DNA of 32,000 bases, taken from assembly GCF_003966335.1 (NCBI RefSeq), contig NZ_CP034549.1, forward strand, positions 2,310,001-2,342,000. Reading direction: 5' to 3'. The notes below the pieces were generated by a model. It did not search any database. It was not told where the DNA came from and saw nothing but the letters and a program-made list of their open reading frames with translations. Below, in pieces: positions 16,136 through 25,491 of the stretch. Numbering within the stretch: position 1 is the first letter of the stretch; every line of letters starts with the position of its first letter. The position numbers were made by a program, and so were the translations under genes. The DNA comes from Nonlabens ponticola. Its GTDB lineage: Bacteria; Bacteroidota; Bacteroidia; Flavobacteriales; Flavobacteriaceae.

Positions 16136-18547
16136 ATGGCTCGTAAAAAATCAACCAAATCCAAAACGGTCAAAAAGAAGTCGCCTATCAAGGCGGTTAC
16201 CTCTTTTAAATTGACTCGATTGCAAGAGGTCATTGCTGGTAGCTTCCTAATTATATTAGGGCTTATTCTTGCACTTAGTTTTACTTCTTTTTTACTCACA
16301 TGGCGCGAGGATCAAAGCATTTTAGGTCGTTTAGGTGAACGAGAACTAGTTGCTGGCAATTGGCTCAGCAAGTTGGGTGCATGGTTGGGCGATGTCTTTG
16401 TTTATGACGGTTTTGGTATTGCTGCCTACTCCATTGCAATCTTGACGATTATTACCGGACTCTACTTATTTGCAGCAAAGAGTGAGGTGATCTCGCTTTC
16501 GCGAAAGCGGATATCCAAATTATGGATTTGGGGACTGTTACTCATGGTTTGGGTAAGTGTCTTTCTAGGTTTCTTTCATGAGCGCAACGCATTATTGGGC
16601 GGCAAGGTAGGATACGAACTCAATGACTTTTTACAGGACTACATAGGACTGATAGGCGCAATACTGGTGATGGCGCTGACTGCCATCATATATATGGTGA
16701 TGCGATTAAAGTTGACACCAGAAAAAATAAGCAACTATTTCAAATCAAAAGCTGCCGACATAAAAAGTGATTTTAAAGATGATGAGGCACCAGCTACAGA
16801 GATTACTGAGCTGGAAGAAGACTGGAAGTCAAACACCGTAGAAGGTAAGGAAACACCACTTACAGTAGAGCCCGCAGATGAACCAACTGTGGTAGAGACA
16901 CCAAAGCCACCTCAACCAATCATAAAATCCATCCCAGCAACAGATGATGATCTAGGCATGGAAATCCAGCAAATTGCTGATGAAGAAGAAGTGATAGACA
17001 GTAAATCAAGCAAGCTAGTAGAGGATTTTGGTGAATTTGATCCAACGTTGGAACTGAGTAATTTTCAATTTCCGCCTATTGATTTATTGAAGGATTACAC
17101 TCAAGGTCGCACGCTCACGATTAATGAGGAAGAACTACAGGCAAATAAGGACCGCATTGTCGAGACGCTTAAAAATTATAAAATTGGAATTGCCAAGATC
17201 ACAGCAACCATTGGCCCAACCGTGACATTGTACGAGATTGTTCCTGAAGCTGGTGTACGTATTTCCAAAATCAAAAATCTTGAAGACGATATTGCCTTAT
17301 CGCTGGCCGCGCTAGGAATCAGGATCATCGCGCCTATTCCAGGTAAAGGAACCATAGGTATCGAGGTGCCTAACCAGAATCCATCGATCGTGTCCATGCG
17401 ATCTGTCATTGCTTCGCCTAAATTTCAAAAAGCGGAAATGGCACTGCCTATCGCTTTTGGTAAAACTATAAGTAATGAGACGTTTGTCGTCGATCTAGCC
17501 AAAATGCCTCACCTACTCATGGCTGGTGCTACCGGACAAGGTAAATCGGTAGGTTTGAACGCCGTGCTCACCTCACTACTCTATTCAAAACATCCCGCTG
17601 AAGTCAAGTTTGTACTCGTAGATCCCAAAAAAGTAGAGCTTACCTTATTCAACAAAATTGAACGTCATTATCTAGCCAAGTTACCTGACAGCGAGGACGC
17701 GATTATCACAGATAATTCCAAAGTGATCAACACGCTCAACAGCTTGTGTATCGAGATGGACCAACGATACGATATTCTCAAGGAAGCGATGTGTCGCAAT
17801 ATTAAGGAGTATAATGCCAAGTTTAAGGCACGCAAACTCAATCCAGCAAACGGCCATAAATTCCTACCATATATCGTGCTGGTTGTTGATGAATTTGCAG
17901 ACCTCATCATGACTGCTGGTAAAGAGGTAGAAACACCTATCGCGCGACTGGCGCAGCTGGCTCGTGCCATAGGTATTCATTTGATCATCGCCACGCAGCG
18001 ACCATCTGTTAATGTGATTACGGGTATGATTAAGGCAAACTTTCCTGCGCGTGTGTCCTTCAGAGTGCAACAAAAGGTGGATTCTCGCACCATACTTGAC
18101 AGTGGTGGCGCAGACCAATTGATAGGACGTGGTGACATGCTTTACACGGCTGGTAATGAGATTATCAGGATACAATGTGCATTTGTGGACACGCCCGAGG
18201 TTGAAAAGATTACAGACTTTATTGGCTCTCAAAAAGCTTATCCAGATGCACACCTTTTACCAGAGTACGTGGGTGAAGAAGGTGGCACAGCAATTGATAA
18301 TATTATAGAGGAGCGCGATGCAAAATTCCGTGAGGCGGCAGATATCATCGTGATTGCACAGCAAGGAAGTGCCTCGTTGTTGCAACGCAAGCTCAAGTTA
18401 GGTTACAATCGTGCTGGTAGAATTATCGACCAGTTAGAGGCCGCAGGAATTGTAGGCGGTTTTGAAGGCAGTAAGGCACGACAGGTGCTTATTCCAGATT
18501 TGGCCTCGCTAGAAGTATTTTTAAATGAAGAAAAGAACAGACCATAA
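16136..18547 (+). CDS. ftsK: DNA translocase FtsK
   Basis: 803 aa. Has an N-terminal membrane domain and an acidic/Pro-rich linker. Motor motifs are Walker A GATGQGKS, Walker B VLVVDEFADL and ATQRPS. The C-terminal gamma winged helix is present (LLQRKLKLGYNRAGRIIDQLE). Confidence 0.95.
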   Translation: MARKKSTKSKTVKKKSPIKAVTSFKLTRLQEVIAGSFLIILGLILALSFTSFLLTWREDQSILGRLGERELVAGNWLSKLGAWLGDVFVYDGFGIAAYSIAILTIITGLYLFAAKSEVISLSRKRISKLWIWGLLLMVWVSVFLGFFHERNALLGGKVGYELNDFLQDYIGLIGAILVMALTAIIYMVMRLKLTPEKISNYFKSKAADIKSDFKDDEAPATEITELEEDWKSNTVEGKETPLTVEPADEPTVVETPKPPQPIIKSIPATDDDLGMEIQQIADEEEVIDSKSSKLVEDFGEFDPTLELSNFQFPPIDLLKDYTQGRTLTINEEELQANKDRIVETLKNYKIGIAKITATIGPTVTLYEIVPEAGVRISKIKNLEDDIALSLAALGIRIIAPIPGKGTIGIEVPNQNPSIVSMRSVIASPKFQKAEMALPIAFGKTISNETFVVDLAKMPHLLMAGATGQGKSVGLNAVLTSLLYSKHPAEVKFVLVDPKKVELTLFNKIERHYLAKLPDSEDAIITDNSKVINTLNSLCIEMDQRYDILKEAMCRNIKEYNAKFKARKLNPANGHKFLPYIVLVVDEFADLIMTAGKEVETPIARLAQLARAIGIHLIIATQRPSVNVITGMIKANFPARVSFRVQQKVDSRTILDSGGADQLIGRGDMLYTAGNEIIRIQCAFVDTPEVEKITDFIGSQKAYPDAHLLPEYVGEEGGTAIDNIIEERDAKFREAADIIVIAQQGSASLLQRKLKLGYNRAGRIIDQLEAAGIVGGFEGSKARQVLIPDLASLEVFLNEEKNRP
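16495..16508. repeat. copy 3 of GCTTTCGCGAAAGC (inside ftsK, read as S-LSRK-R)
   Basis: Exact match. Spans codons 120-125 of ftsK (ISLSRKRIS). Right flank GGATAT. Confidence 0.95.
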
Positions 18548-18548
18548 A

Positions 18549-19199
18549 ATGATAATGACAAGAATCTACTTAATGATGTTTATGTGTTTTGCTTTCGCGA
18601 AAGCGGTATCAGCACAATCCTCGACTGCAGATAAATTGCTCAACGAGGTAGCAACCAAGTATAAGGCTTATGACAACGTAGTATTCACCTACAAAGGCAA
18701 TCTCAAAAATGAGCGAGCCAAATTTGATACCGACATCCAAGGCGAGGCAAAATTGAGCGGCAATATGTACAATGCCACCTATAACGGTACTACCTATATG
18801 TATGACGGTTCAAAATTATATACAATCAATCGCGAGGACGAGCAAGTAACCATCACAAAACAAGTAAGCGACGGTTCACAGATGATCAATCCATCGAATA
18901 TTATGACGTTTTATGAAAAGGGTTATACTAGAGAAATGGACATCATCCAGAATGTAAAAGGTCGCAAGATCCAGTACGTTAAACTGACGCCCATCAAATC
19001 TGATAGTGAATACAAGAATATTTTACTAGGTGTTGATGCAAATACCAAGCATATCTATAACGCTATTATTACAGAGCGCAGTGGTACCATCATCACGTTT
19101 ACTCTAAAGTCTTTCAAGCCTAATGAGACACTGCCTAAAAACAGTTTTATCTTTGATGCGTCTCAATATGATAATTGGGATATAGAAGAGATGGACTAG
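18549..19199 (+). CDS. lolA: LolA-like outer-membrane lipoprotein carrier protein
   Basis: Signal peptide followed by a ~190-aa beta-rich domain. The position immediately after ftsK is conserved in Bacteroidota. The start is ambiguous: ATG at 18549 lies just after the ftsK stop, while ATG at 18525 overlaps ftsK by 23 nt. Confidence 0.65.
   Translation: MIMTRIYLMMFMCFAFAKAVSAQSSTADKLLNEVATKYKAYDNVVFTYKGNLKNERAKFDTDIQGEAKLSGNMYNATYNGTTYMYDGSKLYTINREDEQVTITKQVSDGSQMINPSNIMTFYEKGYTREMDIIQNVKGRKIQYVKLTPIKSDSEYKNILLGVDANTKHIYNAIITERSGTIITFTLKSFKPNETLPKNSFIFDASQYDNWDIEEMD
18591..18604. repeat. copy 4 of GCTTTCGCGAAAGC (inside the lolA-like signal peptide, read as AFAKA)
   Basis: Exact match. Right flank GGTATC. 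Confidence 0.95.
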
Positions 19200-19200
19200 A

Positions 19201-20646
19201 TTGAAAATACTGGATAGATACATATTGACACAATTTATAAAGACGTTCTTGAGCGTCTTTATTGTGTTAATGTTTATTCTCATCCTGCAAGCCATATGGC
19301 TTTACATTAAGGATATTGCTGGTAAGGATATTGATACGGTTACCATCTTGAAGTTCATGATGTACACGATACCTGTCATCGTGCCGCTAGCGTTGCCTCT
19401 TAGTATATTATTAGCATCCATCATGGTTTTTGGTAACATGGCAGAAAACTATGAGTTTGCCGCTATGAAGTCTAATGGTATCTCACTACAACGTGCGATG
19501 CGATCCTTGACCATCGTCATTTTCTCATTGGGAATTACATCGTTTGTTTTTGCAAATACGGTAATTCCTTGGGGAAATCTCAAACAAAGAAACCTGCGTA
19601 GAAATATTGCTAAAGTCAAACCAGCAATGGCGATAAGTAAGGGCTCTTTTAATCAATTAGGTGATATCAACATCAAAGTAGCTGACAAGACTGGTGATGT
19701 AGGACAATACTTGACTGATGTTATTATACACAAGAAAAACCCGAAACGCTCGGGTAATTTTACTACGATAAAAAGTGCCACAGGTGAATTAAAAAGTTCA
19801 CTAAAGTCAGACATTATCCAGTTAGTGCTGGAAGATGGTAATTACTATGAGGATCTTTTTGTTACTGATAATAAAAAACGAGCCAGCTCGCCATTTTTAA
19901 GAACTGAGTTTGATACCTATACGCTTAATGTGGATGTCTCAGAACTTAATGATGTGGATATGGATAACGAGAGCGTTACCGATGATCATCAAATGCTTAA
20001 AATCAATGAGCTGAAAACACAAATCGATTCTTTCTCATCAGATTATAATGAGAACTTAAAGGTCTATCATTCAAACCAGCATGAAAAATGGTCGCCAGGT
20101 GGACTTGATGATACAATTTCAAAATACCTTGACAGCACAGAGACTACAGAGCCTATTTTTGAACGATTAACAGTCTATGACCAGCGACGCACCGTCGATG
20201 GAGCTTCCAATAAAGTAAAGCAACAGCAGGCAGCGTTGGTAACTAGAGGAAAACAGTTGCAACGGGAACGGGTACGACTCAATAAATATGAGATTGAGAT
20301 TCATAAAAAATATGTGCTGGGCGTTGCCTGTATCATATTGTTCTTTATTGGTGCACCGTTAGGAGCAATCATACGTAAAGGTGGTATGGGCTTACCACTA
20401 GTAGTTGCAACCATCTTCTTTCTTTCGTACCATTTTATAGGGATTTTTGCAGAAAAAGCCGCTGCCGAAGGTGCTTTTCCTGCCTGGATTGGCGCCTGGA
20501 TGAGTACGGCTATTATTTTCCCGATAGGAATCTTCCTTACCTATCGAGCCACTACTGATCAAGGCTTCTTTGACTTAGGTGGAGCCATCAATGGACTCAT
20601 GGATAGGTTTAAAAAGAAACCAAAATCCGTAGCGACCATTTCATAA
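19201..20646 (+). CDS. LptF/LptG-family (YjgP/YjgQ) permease
   Basis: 481 aa. N-terminus MKILDRYILTQFIKTF is typical of the family. Three N-terminal and three C-terminal TM helices flank a large loop. TTG start. Confidence 0.8.
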   Translation: MKILDRYILTQFIKTFLSVFIVLMFILILQAIWLYIKDIAGKDIDTVTILKFMMYTIPVIVPLALPLSILLASIMVFGNMAENYEFAAMKSNGISLQRAMRSLTIVIFSLGITSFVFANTVIPWGNLKQRNLRRNIAKVKPAMAISKGSFNQLGDINIKVADKTGDVGQYLTDVIIHKKNPKRSGNFTTIKSATGELKSSLKSDIIQLVLEDGNYYEDLFVTDNKKRASSPFLRTEFDTYTLNVDVSELNDVDMDNESVTDDHQMLKINELKTQIDSFSSDYNENLKVYHSNQHEKWSPGGLDDTISKYLDSTETTEPIFERLTVYDQRRTVDGASNKVKQQQAALVTRGKQLQRERVRLNKYEIEIHKKYVLGVACIILFFIGAPLGAIIRKGGMGLPLVVATIFFLSYHFIGIFAEKAAAEGAFPAWIGAWMSTAIIFPIGIFLTYRATTDQGFFDLGGAINGLMDRFKKKPKSVATIS

Positions 20647-20650
20647 TCCA

Positions 20651-20658
20651 TATCTTTG
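20651..20658 (+). promoter_or_regulatory. candidate Bacteroidota -7 box (TATCTTTG) for ribBA
   Basis: Matches TAnnTTTG 22 nt upstream of the ATG at 20681. Confidence 0.3.
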
Positions 20659-20680
20659 TAATTCAACGCAAAGTAAGGTA

Positions 20681-21826
20681 ATGACAACAGCTACAGCAGG
20701 TGCGGCCATCAAGTTAGACCGCATCGAAGACGCTATTCAAGATATTAAGGACGGTAAGGTAATCATCGTGGTAGATGATGAAAATCGTGAGAATGAAGGT
20801 GATTTTCTCGCCAGTGCACAAAGTGTAACGCCACAAATGATCAATTTTATGGCAACGCATGGTCGTGGATTGATCTGTTGTCCTATCACGCCACAGCGAG
20901 TCAAGGAACTGGACTTGAACATGATGGTCAATAACAATTCTGACCCTATGGAGACGGCGTTTACCGTATCTGTGGATTTGCGAGGTCATGGTGTCACTAC
21001 CGGTATTAGTGCCAGTGATAGAGCACTTACCATACAGGCAATGATAAATCCAGAGACGCAACCGCACGACCTGAGTAAACCTGGACACATATTCCCACTC
21101 AAGGCAAAAGATGGTGGCGTGCTAAGACGCACTGGCCATACTGAAGCTGCAATTGATTTTGCACGATTGGCAGGACACAAACCAGCTGGTGTTATTGTCG
21201 AGATCATGAATGAGGACGGCACCATGGCGAGATTGCCGCAATTAATTGAAGTTGCCAGAAAACATGATCTCAAACTGGTAAGCATCGAGGATCTCGTGGC
21301 CTATCGCATGAAACACGATAGTCTCATTGTAAAAAAAGAGGACTTTGAACTCAAGACGCGCTTTGGAACATATAGATTGAGAGCCTATCAACAAACTACT
21401 AACGATCAGATACATCTAGCTTTGACATTGGGCGACTGGAACAAAGAAGACACGGTTTTAACAAGAATGAATAGCACCCAAGTGAACAATGACCTCTTCT
21501 CTACCCTAACGAGTGAAGCTGATCGCAAGCTGGATGCCATGTTTGAGCGTTTAAATCAAGAAGGTAAAGGAGCCATCGTATTCATCAACCAGCAGTTTGA
21601 ACCAGAAAATATGCTGGGTAGATTAGAAGAATTAAAGGATCTGCAACTCAATGGCAAGGTAAAAGCGCCACGCCGCAATCTTGATAACAAGGACTATGGT
21701 ATTGGCGCACAAATTCTGCATGACTTGGATATTACCAAGCTCAAATTGATGACTAATAGCGAGCAAAGTAAACGCATAGGCATGATAGGCTATGACCTTG
21801 AAATAAAGGAGATTGTTAGTTATTGA
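20681..21826 (+). CDS. ribBA: 3,4-dihydroxy-2-butanone-4-phosphate synthase fused to a degenerate GTP cyclohydrolase II-like domain
   Basis: The RibB half is intact (DDENRENEGDF, HGRGLIC, TAFTVSVD, PGHIFPL, RRTGHTEA). The C-terminal half aligns to GCHII (DYGIGAQILHDL) but lacks the three zinc-binding cysteines. Confidence 0.85.
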   Translation: MTTATAGAAIKLDRIEDAIQDIKDGKVIIVVDDENRENEGDFLASAQSVTPQMINFMATHGRGLICCPITPQRVKELDLNMMVNNNSDPMETAFTVSVDLRGHGVTTGISASDRALTIQAMINPETQPHDLSKPGHIFPLKAKDGGVLRRTGHTEAAIDFARLAGHKPAGVIVEIMNEDGTMARLPQLIEVARKHDLKLVSIEDLVAYRMKHDSLIVKKEDFELKTRFGTYRLRAYQQTTNDQIHLALTLGDWNKEDTVLTRMNSTQVNNDLFSTLTSEADRKLDAMFERLNQEGKGAIVFINQQFEPENMLGRLEELKDLQLNGKVKAPRRNLDNKDYGIGAQILHDLDITKLKLMTNSEQSKRIGMIGYDLEIKEIVSY

Positions 21827-21842
21827 GGATTATAATTTTTTA

Positions 21843-21856
21843 GCTTTCGCGAAAGC
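21843..21856. repeat. copy 5 of GCTTTCGCGAAAGC (intergenic, ribBA-murQ spacer)
   Basis: Exact match. Right flank GTAACA. Confidence 0.95.
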
Positions 21857-21869
21857 GTAACATATATAA

Positions 21870-22685
21870 ATGTCACAGCACAACTACACAGAACAGGATT
21901 CCAGACATCATGATCTCGAATTGAAGTCTACTGGCGAGCTATTGGAAGCTATCAATGCCGAAGATCAAGTTGTCGCTAAAGCCATTCAAAAAATCCTTCC
22001 TGAGATTGAAAAGCTAGTAGACGCGATTGTGTTAAGAATGAGAGATGGCGGCAGATTGTTTTACATAGGTGCAGGCACGAGCGGTCGATTGGGAATACTA
22101 GATGCTAGTGAGTGCCCACCGACTTTTGGCGTTTCGCCAGACAAGGTCATTGGGATTATTGCAGGTGGTGATCAAGCGATTAGAAATGCCGTAGAAAATG
22201 CAGAAGATGATCAAACCCAAGCACTAAAAGATCTTGAAAAGCACGACATTAACACGAAGGATATTGTCATAGGCATTGCCGCGAGCGGTCGCACACCTTA
22301 TGTACTTGCAGGAATTAAGGCTTGTAAGGACCGCAAGATTCTTACTGGCGGTATAACCTGTAATCCTGAAAGTCCACTTGATCTCGCAGCCCAGCATTCT
22401 CTAGTTGCTGTCGTCGGCCCAGAATTTGTTACCGGTAGCAGCCGCATGAAAGCTGGAACAGCCCAAAAAATGATATTGAATATGATATCTACTAGCGTCA
22501 TGATAAAATTGGGACATGTTAAAGGTAATAAGATGGTGGATATGCAATTGAGCAATGACAAGCTGGTTGATCGCGGTGCTCGTATGATCATGCAAGCCAC
22601 AAAAATGGATTATGAAACCTCGCAGAAAATGCTCAAAAAATACGGTAGCGTGCGAGGAGTCCTGGATCATATAGATTTGTGCTAA
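21870..22685 (+). CDS. murQ: N-acetylmuramic acid 6-phosphate etherase
   Basis: 271 aa. SIS-domain signature LFYIGAGTSGRLGILDASECPPTFGV and TGSSRMKAGTAQK. Confidence 0.9.
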   Translation: MSQHNYTEQDSRHHDLELKSTGELLEAINAEDQVVAKAIQKILPEIEKLVDAIVLRMRDGGRLFYIGAGTSGRLGILDASECPPTFGVSPDKVIGIIAGGDQAIRNAVENAEDDQTQALKDLEKHDINTKDIVIGIAASGRTPYVLAGIKACKDRKILTGGITCNPESPLDLAAQHSLVAVVGPEFVTGSSRMKAGTAQKMILNMISTSVMIKLGHVKGNKMVDMQLSNDKLVDRGARMIMQATKMDYETSQKMLKKYGSVRGVLDHIDLC

Positions 22686-22918
22686 TGAAACAAGCATCAA
22701 CAGACCGTGAGATTTTGGGTAAAGGTGTCAAACGTTTATTACTGGCACTACCCTTTTTCATTTTGGGACCAACGCTGATCTTTATAGGAGCTGGAAGTGA
22801 GCATCCCATTATTTTTTTAATGCCTGGAATAGCCTTTGCAATTCTGGCTGTCTATTTTATGTTTTCGGGAATCAATACGATTCTAGACTCCATGTTCAAA
22901 ACCAAAAAAACTAGATAA
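22685..22918 (+). CDS. small membrane protein (two TM helices), function unknown
   Basis: 77 aa from the ATG at 22685, which overlaps the murQ stop (TAATG). The track ORF starts at GTG 22679. Confidence 0.5.
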   Translation: MKQASTDREILGKGVKRLLLALPFFILGPTLIFIGAGSEHPIIFLMPGIAFAILAVYFMFSGINTILDSMFKTKKTR

Positions 22919-23721
22919 TGAAATCGACCTACCTACTACTTTGCCTACTGTGTATCGTGACCGCATGTAAGACTGAAAATAAAAAGGAATCAGATAATTC
23001 CATTGAGACTACCCAGCAAGTCACAGCATCGATGAGCCCTGCTAGAGAATTAGTGAATAACATTGAGAGAGCTCACGGCGCAAATGCCTTTGCAGATCAA
23101 GAGATGGTTTCTTTTGATATCAACCTAGACTTTGGCGGTAAGGATCGACTGGACGGCACCATCTATATGACGACAGATTCAAAATATGCGCGTATTGAAA
23201 AAACTAATGGTGATGTGTTACTGTATGATGGCAATAAGGTGTGGTTATCGCCTAAAGATGCTAATCAGCAAGGCGCGAGATTTGATATATTTACCTGGAC
23301 TTACTTTTTTGCCTTGCCGTTCAAATTATCAGATGATGGTGCTCAAGTTGAAATGATGGAACCGCAGGATGAGATGAAACGCGTGCATCTAAGCTTTGAA
23401 AGTGGTACTGGCGATGCACCTGATGATTGGTACGATCTATACGTGGACGATCAAAACATATTACAATATGCAGGTTACATCGTCACCTATGGCGGCACAC
23501 CAGCTGAAAAAGCTGTGGAAAACGCACACGCCATAGGCTATCAGAGTTACAAAAATATTGAAGGTGTGCAGATAGCTCATGATTGGAAATTTTATAATTA
23601 TGATGATAATGTTGATACTTCAAACATCATTGGTGAAGCAAGTCTTAAGAATGTAGAATTCCGTCCAGTAGCACCTAGCTTGTTTAAGAAACCCGACAAC
23701 GCCGTAGAAATAAGTTTGTAA
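22918..23721 (+). CDS. hypothetical lipoprotein
   Basis: 267 aa. Lipobox LCIVTAC. Its start overlaps the upstream stop (TAATG). No catalytic motif recognised. Confidence 0.6.
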   Translation: MKSTYLLLCLLCIVTACKTENKKESDNSIETTQQVTASMSPARELVNNIERAHGANAFADQEMVSFDINLDFGGKDRLDGTIYMTTDSKYARIEKTNGDVLLYDGNKVWLSPKDANQQGARFDIFTWTYFFALPFKLSDDGAQVEMMEPQDEMKRVHLSFESGTGDAPDDWYDLYVDDQNILQYAGYIVTYGGTPAEKAVENAHAIGYQSYKNIEGVQIAHDWKFYNYDDNVDTSNIIGEASLKNVEFRPVAPSLFKKPDNAVEISL

Positions 23722-23799
23722 CTACTTGAGTGCATAAGTATCAATAGCATTGCTGGCAATAAGCAAATCAAAAATGAGTTTTTATAGCAACTCTATCAC

Positions 23800-25491
23800 A
23801 TGAATAAATTCTTAGCTTTTATAATATGTCTGATACTATCAGCTAATGTATTTGCACAGACTGAGCAGCCGCAAGACTCGTTGATCAAAATAAGCTCTGG
23901 TTTTACAACTATTAATGAGAAACTTTTCCCAGGTGCTGTAGTGTACTTGCGTAATGATGCAAAACAAGTCTATGCAAAACATCAAGGAATAGAGATGTAC
24001 TGCGATCGCGCTGTGTTCTATGAGAAGAGCAACTTTATAAAAGCCATTGGGAATGTACGTATGATTCAAGGTGACAGCATACGCATGAACTCTAAATATG
24101 CGGAGTACAACGGTAATTCAAAACTTGCCTATGCCGCTGGACAGGTAAATATGAAAAGTCCAGAATCAACTTTATCTACTGATACCCTATATTTTGATCG
24201 CGCGAGACAGCAAGCCTTTTATCGCAGCGGCGGCACAGTAAAAGATACAGCAAGCACATTAAAAAGTCGTGTAGGTCGATACTATTTGAACGACAAAAAG
24301 TATGTTTTTCTAGATGATGTAGTCGTAACTAATCCGGAATATGTCATCAATTCCAACCATCTCAATTTTTATAGTGAAACAGGTCACACTTATATGTATG
24401 GTCCATCAACTATCACAGGCGCTACGAGTAAGGTCTATTGTGAGCGAGGATTTTATGATACCAGAGCCGATGAGGGCTATTTTGTCAAGAACAGTAGCAT
24501 TGATTATAATGATAGAAATGTAAAAGGCGATAGCCTTTATTTCAATCGCAACAACAGTTTTGCCAGCGCTACCAATAATATTGAAATAACTGATACCATC
24601 AACAACAGTGTCATACGTGGCCACTATGCAGAGGTCTATAGGGCTAAAGATTCGGTTTTCATCACAAAAAGAGCCGTCGCCATATCAGTTCAAGAAGCTG
24701 ATAGTGTCTATATACACGCAGACACCTTACTAGTAACAGGTAAAGAAAATGATAGGCTTGTTAGAGCCTATCCAGACGCTCGATTTTATAAAAGTGACTT
24801 GAGCGGCAAGGCAGATAGCATCGCGTCCAAGCAAATTACTGGATTGACTAAGATGATTAGAAAACCAATTATGTGGAGCGGCCTAAGCCAAATAACAGGT
24901 GACAGCATACATCTGCAATCTAACACTGTGACAGAGCAGATTGACTCCTTGCGAGTATTCTATAATGCCTTTATTGTCGATCAGGATTCTAGCGGTGGCT
25001 TTAATCAAATAAAGGGTAAGGAACTTATCGGTTTGTTTGAAAACAATGAGATGACCGTAGTCAATATCGACAAGAATGTTGAGAATTTGATCTATGTACG
25101 CAACGATACAGATGAATTAATAGGTATCAATAAAGGCACCAGTGGTAGAATGCAGATAGAGTTTGAAGAAAGCGAAATGGTCGTCATCACTAACTTTGAT
25201 CAACCGCGAGACATCACTTATCCATTAGAGGAAATCGCAGAAAATGCCCGAACGTTACGCGGTCTTGATTGGCGTGGCGATGAGATGCTCAGGAGCAAGG
25301 AAGATCTTTTTAAAGGCAAGCCTTTACCGCAACTAATACAAATTCAAGGATTGCCATTGCCCGAGGTTGAAGAGGCGTTTTTCACCAAAGAAAATCAAGA
25401 GCAGCTCAACAAGAACTCGTCGCTCTCAAAAGAAGATCTTGAGAACCGCGAGGAAGATGAGTTAGAAAACATTCAGGATCCAGATAATTGA
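23800..25491 (+). CDS. OstA-like (LptA/OstA N-terminal-type beta-jellyroll repeats) periplasmic protein
   Basis: 563 aa. Has a signal peptide and repetitive beta-rich sequence with a recurring D-S/T-L-Y/I-hydrophobic pattern. The C-terminal tail is acidic. Confidence 0.5.
   Translation: MNKFLAFIICLILSANVFAQTEQPQDSLIKISSGFTTINEKLFPGAVVYLRNDAKQVYAKHQGIEMYCDRAVFYEKSNFIKAIGNVRMIQGDSIRMNSKYAEYNGNSKLAYAAGQVNMKSPESTLSTDTLYFDRARQQAFYRSGGTVKDTASTLKSRVGRYYLNDKKYVFLDDVVVTNPEYVINSNHLNFYSETGHTYMYGPSTITGATSKVYCERGFYDTRADEGYFVKNSSIDYNDRNVKGDSLYFNRNNSFASATNNIEITDTINNSVIRGHYAEVYRAKDSVFITKRAVAISVQEADSVYIHADTLLVTGKENDRLVRAYPDARFYKSDLSGKADSIASKQITGLTKMIRKPIMWSGLSQITGDSIHLQSNTVTEQIDSLRVFYNAFIVDQDSSGGFNQIKGKELIGLFENNEMTVVNIDKNVENLIYVRNDTDELIGINKGTSGRMQIEFEESEMVVITNFDQPRDITYPLEEIAENARTLRGLDWRGDEMLRSKEDLFKGKPLPQLIQIQGLPLPEVEEAFFTKENQEQLNKNSSLSKEDLENREEDELENIQDPDN

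Noticed and set aside
20647-20680. FMN (RFN) riboswitch upstream of ribBA
   Set aside because: The spacer is only 34 nt, far too short for the ~130-nt RFN element. None of its conserved helices is visible.
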